A stretch of DNA of 64,000 bases from Asterias rubens (lineage: Eukaryota): NCBI RefSeq assembly GCF_902459465.1, contig NC_047067.1:4092001-4156000 (forward strand), written 5' to 3'. The notes beneath the pieces were generated by a model that worked only from the letters and a program-made list of their open reading frames with translations, was not told the origin of the DNA and searched no databases. A program made the translations under genes and the position numbers. Positions 1-12,401 of the stretch are shown one piece after another (position 1 is the first letter of the stretch; each line of letters begins with the position of its first letter).

Positions 1-708
1 CCAAAACAACTGTGTCTCCGGGCCGGGTGAACTACCGAGTTTACTCTAACTCACGTAGCCGATATTTCCTGTTTTACTATATATGTGTGTGACAACATAC
101 TTCCTTAATAATTCAAATAGTATTGTTTTGTCCTTTTGCTTGGTATTTTTCTTGTGTCCTTCCCAGATTGAAACATTGTGCTCGCTCCCCTCATACACTC
201 GAACGCTCATTGTTCTAGCTGCCCTCGTGTACTCATATGTCATGACTGGTCAGTCTGTTTGAAGGCTAGGCTTGTATTTGCGTTTGTCTTTGTTGTTTCT
301 GTTTTGGTTATTTTGTGTTTATAGTTTCTTCATTTTACTTGTATTGCATTTGTTGTTACTTCTTTGTTGACGTCGAATAAATAATCAGTAAAACTAATAA
401 AGTTTTAGAATTTGCAAATCTCTCATGGGATTGTTGTTCCAGTTGTCACAGAAGTCAACACTCATGTTGAATGACACTGAATATTTGAATGCAGCCGTGG
501 TATTTTAACAAACATTTATATGTCTATAAGGGAGAGATGTTTTACCGATTTCAATATATTATTATTTTGTCTATATGCAGCAGACCCGGTGTCGAAACTT
601 CAGGATTAATATTGTTTTTTTCTTTTCTTCTAAATATTTTCTTAAAATCTGCATTAACTTATGTTTTGCTTAATTTATTGTCCTTTTTCTCCCCTAAAAC
701 GAAAATAG

Positions 709-723
709 GTCCAAATGAGAATG
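709..723 (+). CDS. 15-nt micro-exon (x-PNEN), gene A
   Basis: aaaatag|GTCCAAATGAGAATG|gtaagt after a pyrimidine tract; phase 1-1; paralogue at 51866-51880. Confidence 0.75.
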
Positions 724-3700
724 GTAAGTTCTTTCATTATGTTTAATTATATTGTTCTATCTATATAGTTAAAACAATTCTTTCTTATTAACTTTATGAT
801 TTGTGATAATCATTCTGATTGATTACTCTATACTATAAAGGTATCCGCATTACAAGTCCGGCCCTTTATTCAAATGAAGTACAGTGTGGGTGTTTGTTTC
901 GTCACTTGTTGAAACATATCTAAATATTGCAAAGGGTAACCCAACAACTTTTCAGACCAAAGCTCTGCTGTTGTCAGAAGCAGAGTGAAGGCTCGAATCC
1001 CGGTCATGTCTCTTGAGCAAGGCACCTCACTCTAGTCAGTCGCTTTGTAAAATATTTGTAAGGTAGTGCATTTTGCTCAACATAATACCCAAGCCTACAC
1101 CCTCACATACTGTGAAGGGGGTAACTCTATATCAACCCATGTTGTTATTAGCAACAGAATGTGGGTTCGAATCCTGGTCATGACTCTTGTGTCCTTGATC
1201 AAGGCACTTCACTTTACTCGCTTTGTAAAATGTTCGGCGAAGGTTGTGTATTCAGGCTCCTATATAGTGGATGATACCCAAGCCTACATCCTTACATACT
1301 GTGAAGAGAATAACTGCATATCAGCCCTGGGCCCAATTTCATAGAGCTGCTAAGCACACAAATTTGCTAAGCATGAAATTCCTTCCTTGATAAAAACATG
1401 ATTACCATCAAATCGTCCACGTCCAGGATAAACAAACAACAGCTAAATACCAGTAACAAGCAATATGCAACAAATAGAAATTTGGTTGGTAATTCTGTTT
1501 TTTATCAAGGAAGAAACTTCATGCTTGGCAAATTTGTATGCTTAGCAGCGCTATGAAATTGGGCCCAGGTTGTTGTCAGCAGAAGAACGTTGGCTCAAAC
1601 CGCTGTTACCGTATGAAACTTTTGGCCTTCAGCAAGGCACCTATAACCTTATTCGCTTTGTTAAAAGTTGGAAGTAGTGCATTTTGTTCTATCGGCCAGG
1701 CACCTGATAGTGGATGATACCCATGCCTACACCCTTAGAGACTGTGAAGGGGGTAACCCTGTTCAAGCCACATGAGTAGGTGGCATCATGCCCCTGGTGA
1801 CAGTTGATTTAGGTCGACAGCCAAAATCAGTTAATATTGTAGAAGTTGCCTTGCAGTGACCGTCCGGCCATGCCAAAATTACATACCAGCTGCTACAGTT
1901 CTTAATCATGGAAATACATTTCAGCCCAAAATAATAATAAATTAATCAATTGGGTAACACAAATAATGTGGTTTTAAACATTGTATTTGAAGGAGAGCCA
2001 CGGCTAGGCTCCGAAGGAAATCTGCGCAGAAATTACAAATGTTATTGATTCCCACGTACAGATCACGTGATACTAGAATCAACCAATGGCGAGATGGAAG
2101 ATGTTGATATCCCACTCCTGGCTTTCTGCACACATTCTTCCTATTTGCTGCGGTTCAGTGTCATGTGTTACGACAGTGTTCGCATCGGATTCAAATCAGC
2201 AGTTTATTCGCATGTCTACTACTACGTTTGTGAGTACAACAAATAATATCAAGCTTTTTCAAAAACTTGAGTATGTAATACATTTTATGAGTGATGTGAA
2301 ACAAGTTTAATAATTAATTAATATTTTATTAAAAGCACCAACTGCCATTCCCCTTGATTCCTTCTACATTTCTTCGTTCAATTTATGGATAATTCTTGAC
2401 AAACTGTCTTTAGGGGAGTCTTTTGTGATACTTGGTGGCAGCAGACAAGGTAATGTCAATTGTTCTGGGTATTATGTGCGCATGATCAGAACTACGTAAG
2501 CAATGGTATTTGGTAAATATAATAAGTCTGCTGCCACCTAGCGTTCAAAAGTCTCATATTGACTTATAATAACAAGCCTTGGCCCGATTTCTTTGAGGCT
2601 CTCAAGCGCATAATTACTTTAAAGCAGTAATGGTTTAGCTTTGCAATTTTCCTCAGCAAAACATGGCGAGTTTGTCTTCTAAACAATTTAAGTTCCGATA
2701 GGCCACAATATTAATCTACCATAAATATGGTCTACCGTAAGCAGAAAACTAGCTGTTCCAGTGATTTTTAAGGGACAAAGAAAGCTTAAAGTAGATATAG
2801 ACACAAGCAAAAGAAGCCCACTTTATCAAACACACCTCAGCTCATATCTAAGGTGCCCAAGTTGTTTTTTTGTTTGAGTCAGTGTTTTTTGTTCTTATTT
2901 TTTTCCCCGCAAATCTCGAATAGACATGAGACGCAAGTCCAACGCGAACCTGAGTCACCACCTAAGCGATTGTCAGCTACACTAGAACTGCAACACAATA
3001 ATAAGATGTTGGGAAAATGTTCGGTAAAGTTAACCTATTTAATGGTTTTACCTTAGATTTGGGCAAAAGCTCAGCTCGGATTGAGCACTGTGAGAACAAG
3101 TGTCAATCGGTATCTGAGGTTGACATTAGCGGTCAACTGAGTGCGACAGCCTTTGCTGATTACTACATCCGATTTACATCAACTGGGTCTCTGATAGTTG
3201 GTATCCTTGATGCATCATTTACTGAGCTGATGTCATTCAACGGTGAACCACCAGCTTGTCCTATGCTTGTGTTTGTCAGCTCTGGGGACGGTTATGTGGC
3301 GACCTGGAAGATATATGAAGCCATTACCGAGCAAGGTTTGCTCATCATTTCTTTATTTATACTGATATAAATCATTCATGAATTGAATTTAATGGTCAGT
3401 TCTCATTGTAATTTGATTTGTTTACTATAATCTTGTTTGGAATATGTTTTAAGCTCAATTCATGTGTTTTTGTTTATGTGTTATCCACATCTAAAAAGGA
3501 GCATCAATGGTAACATTAATATATCGCTAGGGCATCATTCAAATACGTATTTTAAAGAAAGTGTATAACTATACACAAATCAAATAATAACCAGACAAAG
3601 TAAGTCCCAATGCGTTTCAAACTGAAAGGGCAGGTTTAACATGTTGTTTGCTTTAGTCGGTGGTGAGGTCCGAGTTGGAGGTCAAATGAAAAGTTTCTAA

Positions 3701-6700
3701 CATGTCATTGAGTTTTGTTTATAAAGAAAGTTGTTAACCTAATCGTGCTGCTATCTGTTTATCCACAGTTAATACAATTACCTGGCGAACAGTCAACGTG
3801 AACCTGAGATCCGATCAGTACACTTACCTGGGTGAAAGCTTCCAGGTATACGACCGACAATTACGACTTGGTCTAGCGATAGATTCAGAGGTGACGGTCT
3901 TGTTATCCAAGGGATATGATGACGTCAATACATATGAGATTGGTAGGTTATGAACGTTTTATTGTAACTTCTACAAAAGTGTTAAATGTTTTTTTTTTTA
4001 CAAGTTTCTCAAAAATAACAGCACCTCAGCAAGTTATGTTTTAAGGGAAGCTTGCTTACATCATTATCTTTTAAAAGTTTAATGTAAATCTGTGGACATT
4101 GTGTCCTGTATAAAAAGTAACCAAACTCATTCATCGTAATTGTTTTCGTATATTTTGTACCAATCTTTGCTTTGTTTTGTTGCTTTTCGAAAACAGTCTT
4201 CCGAGCCGCAGGAAACACAAAACTGCAAATCAAGAAAAACGGTAAAGTTGTGAAAGAAGGGGACTGCGTAATTAACAGCTCCAGCCGCGACGACTTTGAA
4301 GATTTGTGGATAAGCTTCGCTAAGAAAACCATATCAGTTGGTCGAGTTGGGTTAGACATGCAACCTGCATTTGTATCGTGGTCGGACACCTCGCCGCTTG
4401 AGGTCTCACTTGCAGCCTTCAAGGGAGCGTCATCTTCATATCTTGTGTACTACAAATTCGAATATCAAACTGGTAAGTGGTCATGGGTTAACATTTTTTA
4501 TTCTAAATTACCTTAAAGGCACTGAATACTATCTGCACTTACTCAGAATAATTGTTAGCATTTAAACTTTACTAGCAATGGAGAGCTAATAAAACATTGT
4601 GAGGAACGGATCCCTCTGAATAACGTAGTTTTTTATTTTATTCATGATTTTTGTTTGTCCCGCACGTTTGATTAGTACCTTGTAGTTATACTGCCGATGT
4701 CAGATGCAACTGTGTCCGCCATGCAATAATGACCGCTCCGGACACTTTTGCATATGCAATCGTGTCCGGGGCTATGCAAAAACCGTCTGGAGGACATGTG
4801 CATGACTGTACATGTTTTGGGCGCGTAAGCGAGCGTGCATGCACTGAACCTACGTATAATATGCAGCATGAATATTCACGTTTTTGTGATTGCAGCGAAA
4901 ACCGAACGACCGAACATTTCCTATGTCATTCATGATATGCACTTAGCTTGTGGGGAACGTGTTCCGTCGACCAAGGATTTAATTTACTGCAAGGACGGTT
5001 TTGCACGAGGCGGACACAACTGCATATGCGAATGTGTCCGGGTGGACACAATTGCATTATGCAGCAGCGTCCGGGTAGACACGATTGCATATGCAAAACC
5101 GTCCTCCGGATAGTATTGCATAGAGGACATACTTGCATGCGACACCGGTGTCCCATGCAAAGCTTTCCGCCGGAGATTTTTTCCCCCACATAATAATTAA
5201 GGTAAAATAACGTAGGCTGAAAATAACGTAGGCTGCAAGACTATGATTCAAAAGAGGGCGCTACCAGGAGAAGTTTGTACACAGTTTGCAGCATGCGAGG
5301 ACAAAATAATATACGGCCTAACCGGCATCTTTGACTGCATTGAGTCTTTTCCATTCTTGATTTCTAATTATCTTTTTTTATTTGACAATCTTTTCTATTA
5401 GCAAGGGGTATATTCTGGACCTTCGATTGCGATATGGCGTACCCACTACCATTTGAGAAAATTCACATGCCCCAGAAAGCGCTGGAGATTGGTTTGACGG
5501 CAGACTGTGATGCTCATTTCAGTATTGCTGCTTCAGACGAAGACAGTCCAGCGGCTCCGATGTACGAAGTTGGTATGTGAAGTTCAAATACTTATTAATT
5601 GACAAACTGCCAATAGTAACACTTTTGGTGTATTTTTTTCCTGTTAAAATTGTATTTATTTATTTATTTGTTTTATTTATCTATTAATTAAACTTTCGTT
5701 TCTTCTGAATTGTTATGCATTTATTTAAGTGTTATTACCAATGTAGGGTAAGAGGATCACCTTTCTTGCAGTTGTGTGATGTATGTGTTCCATAACTTGT
5801 ATTCTGTATGGTTCTGTGTGATTTCTTTGAATGTGGGGCCGGGGAGGCTGGTATGACCATTACCATGTTTGCCCATAACCTTTAAGGCTCCATCTGATTA
5901 CTGAATAAGCAAATTGTGTAGAGTTTGGACCACACAATTGGAAATACCGTGAACAAATAATATATCTTAAACAAATGCTTGTCATTAAGTAGACCTTGGT
6001 GAAATGAACAGTTCATGTGACAACCCCCCTTCCCGTTTGCCCGGTCGCTCTGTCTCCCTGCCCCGGTCCCTTTAATTTCAAAAGATTTCAATACTAATTG
6101 AAAAGGTTAATGTTTACCGATAAAATGTTGACTGTACTTTAGTTCGATCTACGTGACTGTGTATTGAGTATTGCATGTCAATATTTGGGCTGATGACTTT
6201 TGGACCTTTATGTTGATCTTCGTTAAAATTCTCTTTATTACAGTGATTGGAGCTGAGGATAATACCAAATGCCTCATTCGCAAATGCAAAGAATGCGAGT
6301 GTATGGCCGAAGCGGACTGCCCACATATCCTAGATAAGAACAAGCAGGTCGACTTCACCTTCGAGTTTGAGTTTGGTCACTTGAAACTCTTCAAGGGTAA
6401 GGGTGCTTCCAAGTCGGCCCAACCCATCATATCATGCGAAGATCCAGAACCATTGATTGGTCTGGAATACTTGGCATTGAGTACTGGATTCGAAAGCGAC
6501 GGAGAATCACACTGGAAGACCTACAATGATTGGTAAGCTGACACATATCACTTCATTTAAACATTGCCCTCAATACGACCTAAAGGCACTGGACCTTTTG
6601 ATAATTCCCCCCAAAGACCAGGGGTGGATTTCACAAAGAGTTAGGACTAGTCTTATCTATACTTAGGACCAGTTACTCGTCCAAACTTAGGACTATCCAT

Positions 6701-7533
6701 GCAATTTGTATATCTCCTAGGACTAGTCCTAAGTTAGGACTAGTCCTAACTCTTTGTGAAATCGACCCCAGTATTCCTACTTGGTGTATCCCAAAACTAA
6801 ATGCATAAATACAAAATCTGTTTAAATTTGGGCTTAATGGGCCATACGTTTGACCGCGTGAGGGCGCTCTTAATCACTTCCGGGGTATATCTGTATGGCC
6901 GTGTCCGAATTGATGGATACGACTGCGGCTACGACGGTTGCTAGGGGTGTTGTAAGGGCGTTCTATACTTCAATGCAAGATGACGCGGCGGTCCGGCCGT
7001 AGCCGTAGCCGTAGCCGCCAATTCGGATACGGCCTATGTTTATACCCAAAACAGTTATCAAAGATTGGAACACACCACATACATCTAATCCATCACTGAC
7101 AATAAGACTTTAAAAAGAGCCGTTATAATCCATCTCTAAAGCAAAATTTAAACTACGGCGCAACAAAGGTGACAGATCGCCTGTCCAGGGCGAAAGTGAT
7201 AACTATATGAAGCGCCCTCGCGCGGTCAAAAATAAGGCACATTGGTCACGAATTTACACGAAATTGTGTGTGTATTCAGATGTCTGAGAAAAGCTTCAGG
7301 CCTGAATCCTCTCTCAGATTTAAATGATTTTGCGACGAATCACCTTAGAACTACCTCAAAACTACGTTATTTCTTCAGAGGGAGTCGTGACATACAAGTT
7401 TGATGTCAATTGTCAGGCATGATGGGTTGTACAAGATAGATTGTTTGACAAAAGTATGACTTTAATCTTACCTTAAATAGTGTTTACATTCAGTTTTGTT
7501 ATAATTATTGTTTTTATCTTCTTGGATTTCAGA
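709..7533 (+). CDS. Gene A (5'-incomplete): 3' part of a secreted EGF/FAMeT-domain protein, tandem paralogue of gene B
   Basis: Exons with AG/GT ends and continuous frame: 709-723, 2062-2229, 3057-3335, 3769-3942, 4197-4472, 5402-5572, 6244-6532, then stop completed at 7533. Exon sizes (15,168,279,174,276,171,289) are identical to gene B 51866-58321. Window start resembles the intron after gene B's last EGF exon. Confidence 0.85.
961..1780 (+). mobile_element. Three tandem head-less tRNA-derived SINE bodies
   Basis: Units of about 180-190 bp with a B-box (GGTTCGAATCC or variant) followed by CATGAC..GTCCTTGA.CAAGGCAC; two equivalent units at 52085-52480. Confidence 0.6.
1329..1566. mobile_element. 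MITE with long TIRs (Harbinger-like termini)
   Basis: GGGCCCAATTTCATAGAGCTGCTAAGCA... / ...TGCTTAGCAGCGCTATGAAATTGGGCCC; absent from the paralogous intron. Confidence 0.8.
2062..3335 (+). CDS. Gene A FAMeT-like domain 1 (exons 2062-2229, 3057-3335)
   Basis: [23 protein letters not shown]...[16 protein letters not shown]...YYYV + YLGKSSARIEHC...[22 protein letters not shown]...TELMSF...[16 protein letters not shown]; fits the Methyltransf_FA pattern by eye. Confidence 0.75.
2415..2568. mobile_element. Small MITE (GGTGGCAGCAGAC TIR family)
   Basis: TTGGTGGCAGCAGAC...GTCTGCTGCCACCTAG inverted pair; orthologous copy about 53046-53187, another about 47050-47210. Confidence 0.6.
3769..4472 (+). 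CDS. Gene A FAMeT-like domain 2 (exons 3769-3942, 4197-4472)
   Basis: ...[19 protein letters not shown] + [16 protein letters not shown]...[21 protein letters not shown]...[13 protein letters not shown]; YEI / N-x-K-x-x-I / WISF / ISVG / F-x-S-W-x-D motifs. Confidence 0.8.
4687..5117. mobile_element. Non-autonomous DNA element with inverted sub-terminal repeats
   Basis: Repeated GGACAC..TGCATATGC motifs in mirror orientation; ends TATACTGCCG / CGGATAGTAT; only in gene A. Confidence 0.55.
5402..6532 (+). CDS. Gene A FAMeT-like domain 3 (exons 5402-5572, 6244-6532)
   Basis: ...[13 protein letters not shown]...PMYEV + [15 protein letters not shown]...[34 protein letters not shown]; DAH, YEV-VIG, DPEP, STG..W motifs. 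Confidence 0.85.
6622..6768. mobile_element. Harbinger-like MITE, 3-bp TSD CAG
   Basis: cag|GGGTGGATTTCACAAAGAGTTAGGACTAGTC...GACTAGTCCTAACTCTTTGTGAAATCGACCC|cag; removing it restores host AAAGACCAGTATT. Confidence 0.85.
6840..7237. mobile_element. TIR element hosting a second MITE
   Basis: TTTGACCGCGTGAGGGCGCT (6849) is inverted to AGCGCCCTCGCGCGGTCAAA (ends 7230). Confidence 0.6.
6897..7034. mobile_element. Harbinger-like MITE, 3-bp TSD TAT
   Basis: tat|GGCCGTGTCCGAATTG...CAATTCGGATACGGCC|tat. Confidence 0.8.
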
Positions 7534-7724
7534 ATCTTGATGTCACGCGGTTTCTTAAAATTCAAGTGAAAGTGACACACGACTACACCTGAAACGACAT
7601 TGAATTTACTTCAAAAAATCAATATTTATTCAAGAATCCGTTCTTATTTTGAAGCAAAGCTTATTTCAATAGTAATTATGCTGGTTTCTACAGGAAGTTT
7701 TTTTTTCAGAGGAAAAAAAATAAA
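7533..7724 (+). other. Gene A putative terminal exon (completes TG|A stop, then 3' UTR)
   Basis: ttggatttcag|A acceptor, homologous to 59335 in gene B; AATAAA near 7719; exon end uncertain. Confidence 0.55.
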
Positions 7725-7743
7725 TAAAAAATCCTGATTTTGT

Positions 7744-8119
7744 TTAAAAGACACTGGAAACTATTGGTAATTGTCAAAGACTAGCCTTCACAGTAGGTGT
7801 ATCTCAACATATGCATAAAATAACAGACCTGTGTAAATTTGAGCTCAATCAGTCGTTGAAGTTGCAAGATAAAAAACACTCTTGTCACACGAAGTCGTGT
7901 GCTTCCAGATGCTTGATTTCGAGAGCTCAAATTCTGTATTTGGGGTCTCGAAATCAAATTCTTGGAAAAAATGGTCTCTCTCGAAAACTACATAACTTCA
8001 GAGGGAGCCGTTTCTCACAATTCTTTATACTGTCGACCTCTCCCCATAACTCGTTACCAAAATAGGTTTTGAGCTATGAGTTATTTTGAGTAATTGCCAA
8101 TAGTGTCCTCTGCCTTTAA
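7744..8119. mobile_element. Kolobok-like MITE family A (about 375 bp, TTAA TSD)
   Basis: TTAA|AAGACACTGGAAACTATTGGTAATT...AATTGCCAATAGTGTCCTCTGCCT|TTAA; same family at 16822 and 50305. Confidence 0.85.
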
Positions 8120-8389
8120 ACAATAATATTTCGATTATTTACAAAGCTATACTAACTTAATAATGATAAAGCATCAATTTCGAACATTTATGTCGTTCAT
8201 ATTCAGGTAAAAACTCTGTCAACCGAACAACAACATTTAACTGCTTCCTTATTTTGTTTATCTACTTGTAGTCCCTATACCAAGACTAGCTGCCAGCCGT
8301 GTTTGAGGCGAACTTAAATTTAACGAAAAAGTAAGAAGACAAACCTACTGGTAATTTACACTCATTTCTAGTACTTTTTATTCACTCGT

Positions 8390-9120
8390 TTGAAGCACTC
8401 ATTCAAAATACTCATTTGAAGCATTCAATTTACACACTCTTTTGCATCAGTTATTTCAGGCACTCATTCAAAATACTCATTGGAAGCACTCAATTGAAAC
8501 ACTCTTTTGAATCAGTTATTTGAGGCACTCATTCTAAATACTAATTTGAGGCACTCAATTGAAACACTACTTTGAAACTCTCATTTTAAACACTCATTTG
8601 AAATACTCAATTGAAATACTCATTTTCATAGGGCATGTTTCAAACACTCCTTTGAAACAATGAAAGTAAAGCAATCTTTTGAAAAACTTAATTGAAACAA
8701 TAATTTTAAACACTCATTTAAAATACTCATTTGAAACACTCATTTTATAGCGCATATTTCCAATATTCATTTGCAATAATTAAATTACTCGTGTGCAGCA
8801 ATCTTTTGAAAACTAAATTGAAAACACTCATTTGAAACACTCATTTGAAGCACTCATTTGAGGCACTCATTTGAGGCACTCATTTGAGGCACTCATTTGA
8901 AACACATTAGTTGGAGCACTCATTTGGAGCACTCATTTGAAGCAGTCATTTGAAGCAGTCATTTGAAGCAGTCATTTGACGCACTCATTTGACACACTCA
9001 TTTGAAACACTCATTTGAAACACTCATTTGACGCACTCATTTTGATCACTCATTTGGAGCAGTCATTTGAAACCCTAGTGTGAAGCACTGTTTTGAAACC
9101 CGTCGTGTGAAACACTCACT
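8390..9120. repeat. Degenerate 13-bp minisatellite (CACTCATTTGAAA)
   Basis: Dozens of variants, purest at 8820-9070; paralogous array 59850-60430. Confidence 0.9.
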
Positions 9121-10408
9121 CAGTTTAAACTGTTGCCAACATACAATCACTGACGTGTTTGATACGAGTTTAAAGGGGATATTTCCGTTTAAAAAGCATA
9201 TTACGCGTTATTAAATAATACGGTATAAAACCCTTTCAGCAAATGTGCAGTAATTTAAATAATATGGTATTTCGGGTATTATTAAATATTAACGCTGCAT
9301 TAAATCTTACTGAACCTAGTTTGACAACCATTGTTGAATCATTGATCTCTTTAAAATGAATGTATTTATGATAACCAGCTGCATGGACGTAGACTTAGTG
9401 AAGAAGTATACATCATAACTGAAAAATACAATTGAAGACACAAGTGGAGGGAGAATTGTCTGGTCACGTTGATGAACGCGAAAGCAATAAATAAAACAAT
9501 ATATAGCATGCAACAGAATGTCTTAATGCGTGTTAATTGCGTATAGTGTTAAAGGGTCTGTTCAAATTCGAGACGCATCTATTCCGTAGCTTGGGGACTG
9601 ACCAACAAGTTTTAAATATGGTTTAGAAGTAAGCTTTAAGAAGTAAGTTTTTATGTCAACAATAATTATCTCTAGTGTCCAGTGCCTTATTGGTTGTAAT
9701 AATAGGGGTAAATTATATTTATCCTTTGTTGACTTGATTGACAATAACAAGAGCTACAAAGGGAACTTTGGCGCTAAAGATTATACCGATTTTGAGGACT
9801 AAGGATACTGACGGTAACGGTTCCGAACAGTTATGGAATACAACATTATCCACCCAATTGAAGGTTGGAGTATATTTACGACAATGTATGTTAATGATAC
9901 TCATCCCGATCTTAAATCAACCGAAATTGATCAGTTGTTCGCTGGTACTAGCCATGGTTTTACAGGTCCAAGATTAAGGCGCTTGCGATTGGGATTCAAG
10001 TTTGATTTGCATGCCATAGGTACATGCAAACCGGTTGCTTTTAAGACCACTCTCTCTCTATATATATATACTAAAACCCATGTCACTCGAGGCAATATAT
10101 AGGTTACCTCCATGAATAAAAGGCAATCACATTAGTGTTCACATTGTATTTAGAATCGTACGACATTATGTCTGTTTGAGCGCTAAGTACTCGTGTAACT
10201 TGCACTGCAGTTGATTGCGTCCAGGTTGCCTGTAAAAGTTGCTTTGTGATGTGAAGGGGTTCATTGGTTCTTTATAGGCACGCTGTCGATATAAACGGTT
10301 ACTTAACAATCGTAATTTAACAACCGTTCAACGATGGTATGACCACGCTAGTTCGGTCTGAGGTAGTTGTTTCCTGAACAGTAAAAAAAACCTTCTCAGA
10401 CTACAATA

Positions 10409-10560
10409 GATGCGTTTGTTTAGCTTCCATGGGTCGACCCCGGTGTGTGGCGGTTTTTTCTTCCAGGACGAACGTGGGTAATTATCTGCACACGTTCGTC
10501 CTGGGAAAAAACCCCGTCTCACACACCGGGGTCGACGCAGGGAAGCTAAACGAACGCACC
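10409..10560. mobile_element. Palindromic MITE (GGTGCGTTCGTTTAGCTTCCC TIR family)
   Basis: Near-perfect 150-bp hairpin; same TIR at 15056-15275 and a half copy at about 50930-51010. Confidence 0.8.
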
Positions 10561-12401
10561 CAATGTGCAGACCACTGAGTAGACTTGATTCAAGTCCCAT
10601 TCTCGTGCGAGAGGTCCCTAGGCATACCCACCGCCGTCAAATGTAGCTATCGTGGTGCGGAACAGGTCGGGTGGAATGCAGAGCATCACAAAGCAATAGT
10701 TTTCTGAGATTGGTACGGGATTGGGACTTGTCTTCCAATAATGTTCCTATGCCATATGTTGAATGTTTTAAACATCACTCTGTTATGCTTGTGATATTGG
10801 TTTGAATCAAATAACTTCATATTGCCCTCTTTACTGTTTTTTTTCTTCAAAAACATGTTAAACAGGTGAATGTATAGTTCGTGTGTTGTGTACCTTTCCC
10901 CCTTTCACTTGTTTGTGTTTCCCATGTTGTGCTACTTTAAAAAAAAATCCTTGCCCTCTCTTTCGACAAATTCGTTGGTGAAAATATTAAACGGGTAAGG
11001 CCTTGCCAAAACAATGCGAACAAACCCAGCCGGAAAAGCTTAATACACTGCGATCAATTATAATCATTCATTGGCGTAAACAAGCCACCAATACTACACG
11101 ATATAAAGTAACTCTCAGTAGGGCCTACATTTTAAATTGTTGGTTTAGAGAGAATCCGAATTGAATGGCGGGAACATACTATCTGAAATCAATACTGATG
11201 CAATGCTATTTCAGGCCTGTAATCCGTTCCAGCTGTCAAACTTGCATTGTTCTGGGCTAATTTTGTGCTGAGATCAATGATGATTTTGAACGAAAACAAG
11301 TATATGCTTAAGTACCCGACTTTGAACCGGCCTTGTTTCCCTGCACAGTTGTCATTTTGAAGTAAACAAATTATTTTGGGTCACCAATTTGAACCGATAA
11401 CCTTCTGATCTTATTTTCCCTCAGTTTTTTTCTTGAATGTATTGGCCTTACATCGTTTCTACTCGGTTAATTATAAGTCCTACAATTAGTTTCCATAAAG
11501 ACTTCTTTTTCTGTATAGATCCGACCAATTCGATCGGGCTCAGTCCTTGCGCACATTTAGAGTTTTTGAGTCTGTGCTGTCATTAACTTTGAAGACCCTA
11601 GTACAAAGAATTAACAAACAAACAACAAACAACAAAAACTAGGAATGTGAAGGCCAATGAATTTTAAAAACAACGGCATTAAACAAGATTGTTGTTGAAT
11701 ATAGAAACTCGTTTTAAAACACCCGGACGACAATTTCAGAGCTGGTAAGATTGTGCTTATTATTTAGAAAGAAAAGAGCACCAACATAACTGATATACCA
11801 CTAAATTGACAACTATTGGTGCTTCGGAGTCTAGTCTGGTGTATTGTTAATGTGTTGTTATTGTAAGATGCCATTCATCAATGTACAATTGGCTTTAATA
11901 GGGTCAAGTCATTGATAGAGCGGGGTCCTGCAGTTCCTGTTTGGCAAACGACTTCAAGTTCTGCTCACTTTAATACACCGAACACGGACTCAATAAAAAT
12001 GGCGGCAGTGACACTGTGATTTTGAACTCATCACGTAACATCTCTGCCATCCATTTATAAATGAATTAACGGATAATCATGCAACTTCAGAGAAACAGCT
12101 GAGATGATGAAGAAGGTAAAAAACAAATGCTTTGGTCGTGAACAAATAATGTTCCTAAATTGTGTATTTCATGTAGGATACATTGGATGTGTTCTTGGGT
12201 TATACTTTATGATACAACACTTACCACTTCTTAGTGACGACTCTAAGTTGATTATTGGAGTTTTTATTTTAGTACTGATTGCTTAGTGTAGTTTATGTGT
12301 ACATTATTAATGTTTACTCAGAAAATTTATTGTTTTGATATGTTAACTGATTATTGCCACATACGAAAAGTTTAGACACTTCGCAGACGTTTGCTCTAAA
12401 C

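Larger units (their letters stand above)
6582..7390. mobile_element. TTAA-type (Kolobok-like) MITE carrying nested insertions
   Basis: Starts TAAAGGCACTGGAC; internal sequence resumes after the nested elements (AAAGCTTCAGGCCTGAA, AAAACTACGTT..TTCAGAGGGAGTCGT); counterpart at 58378-58688. Confidence 0.55.
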
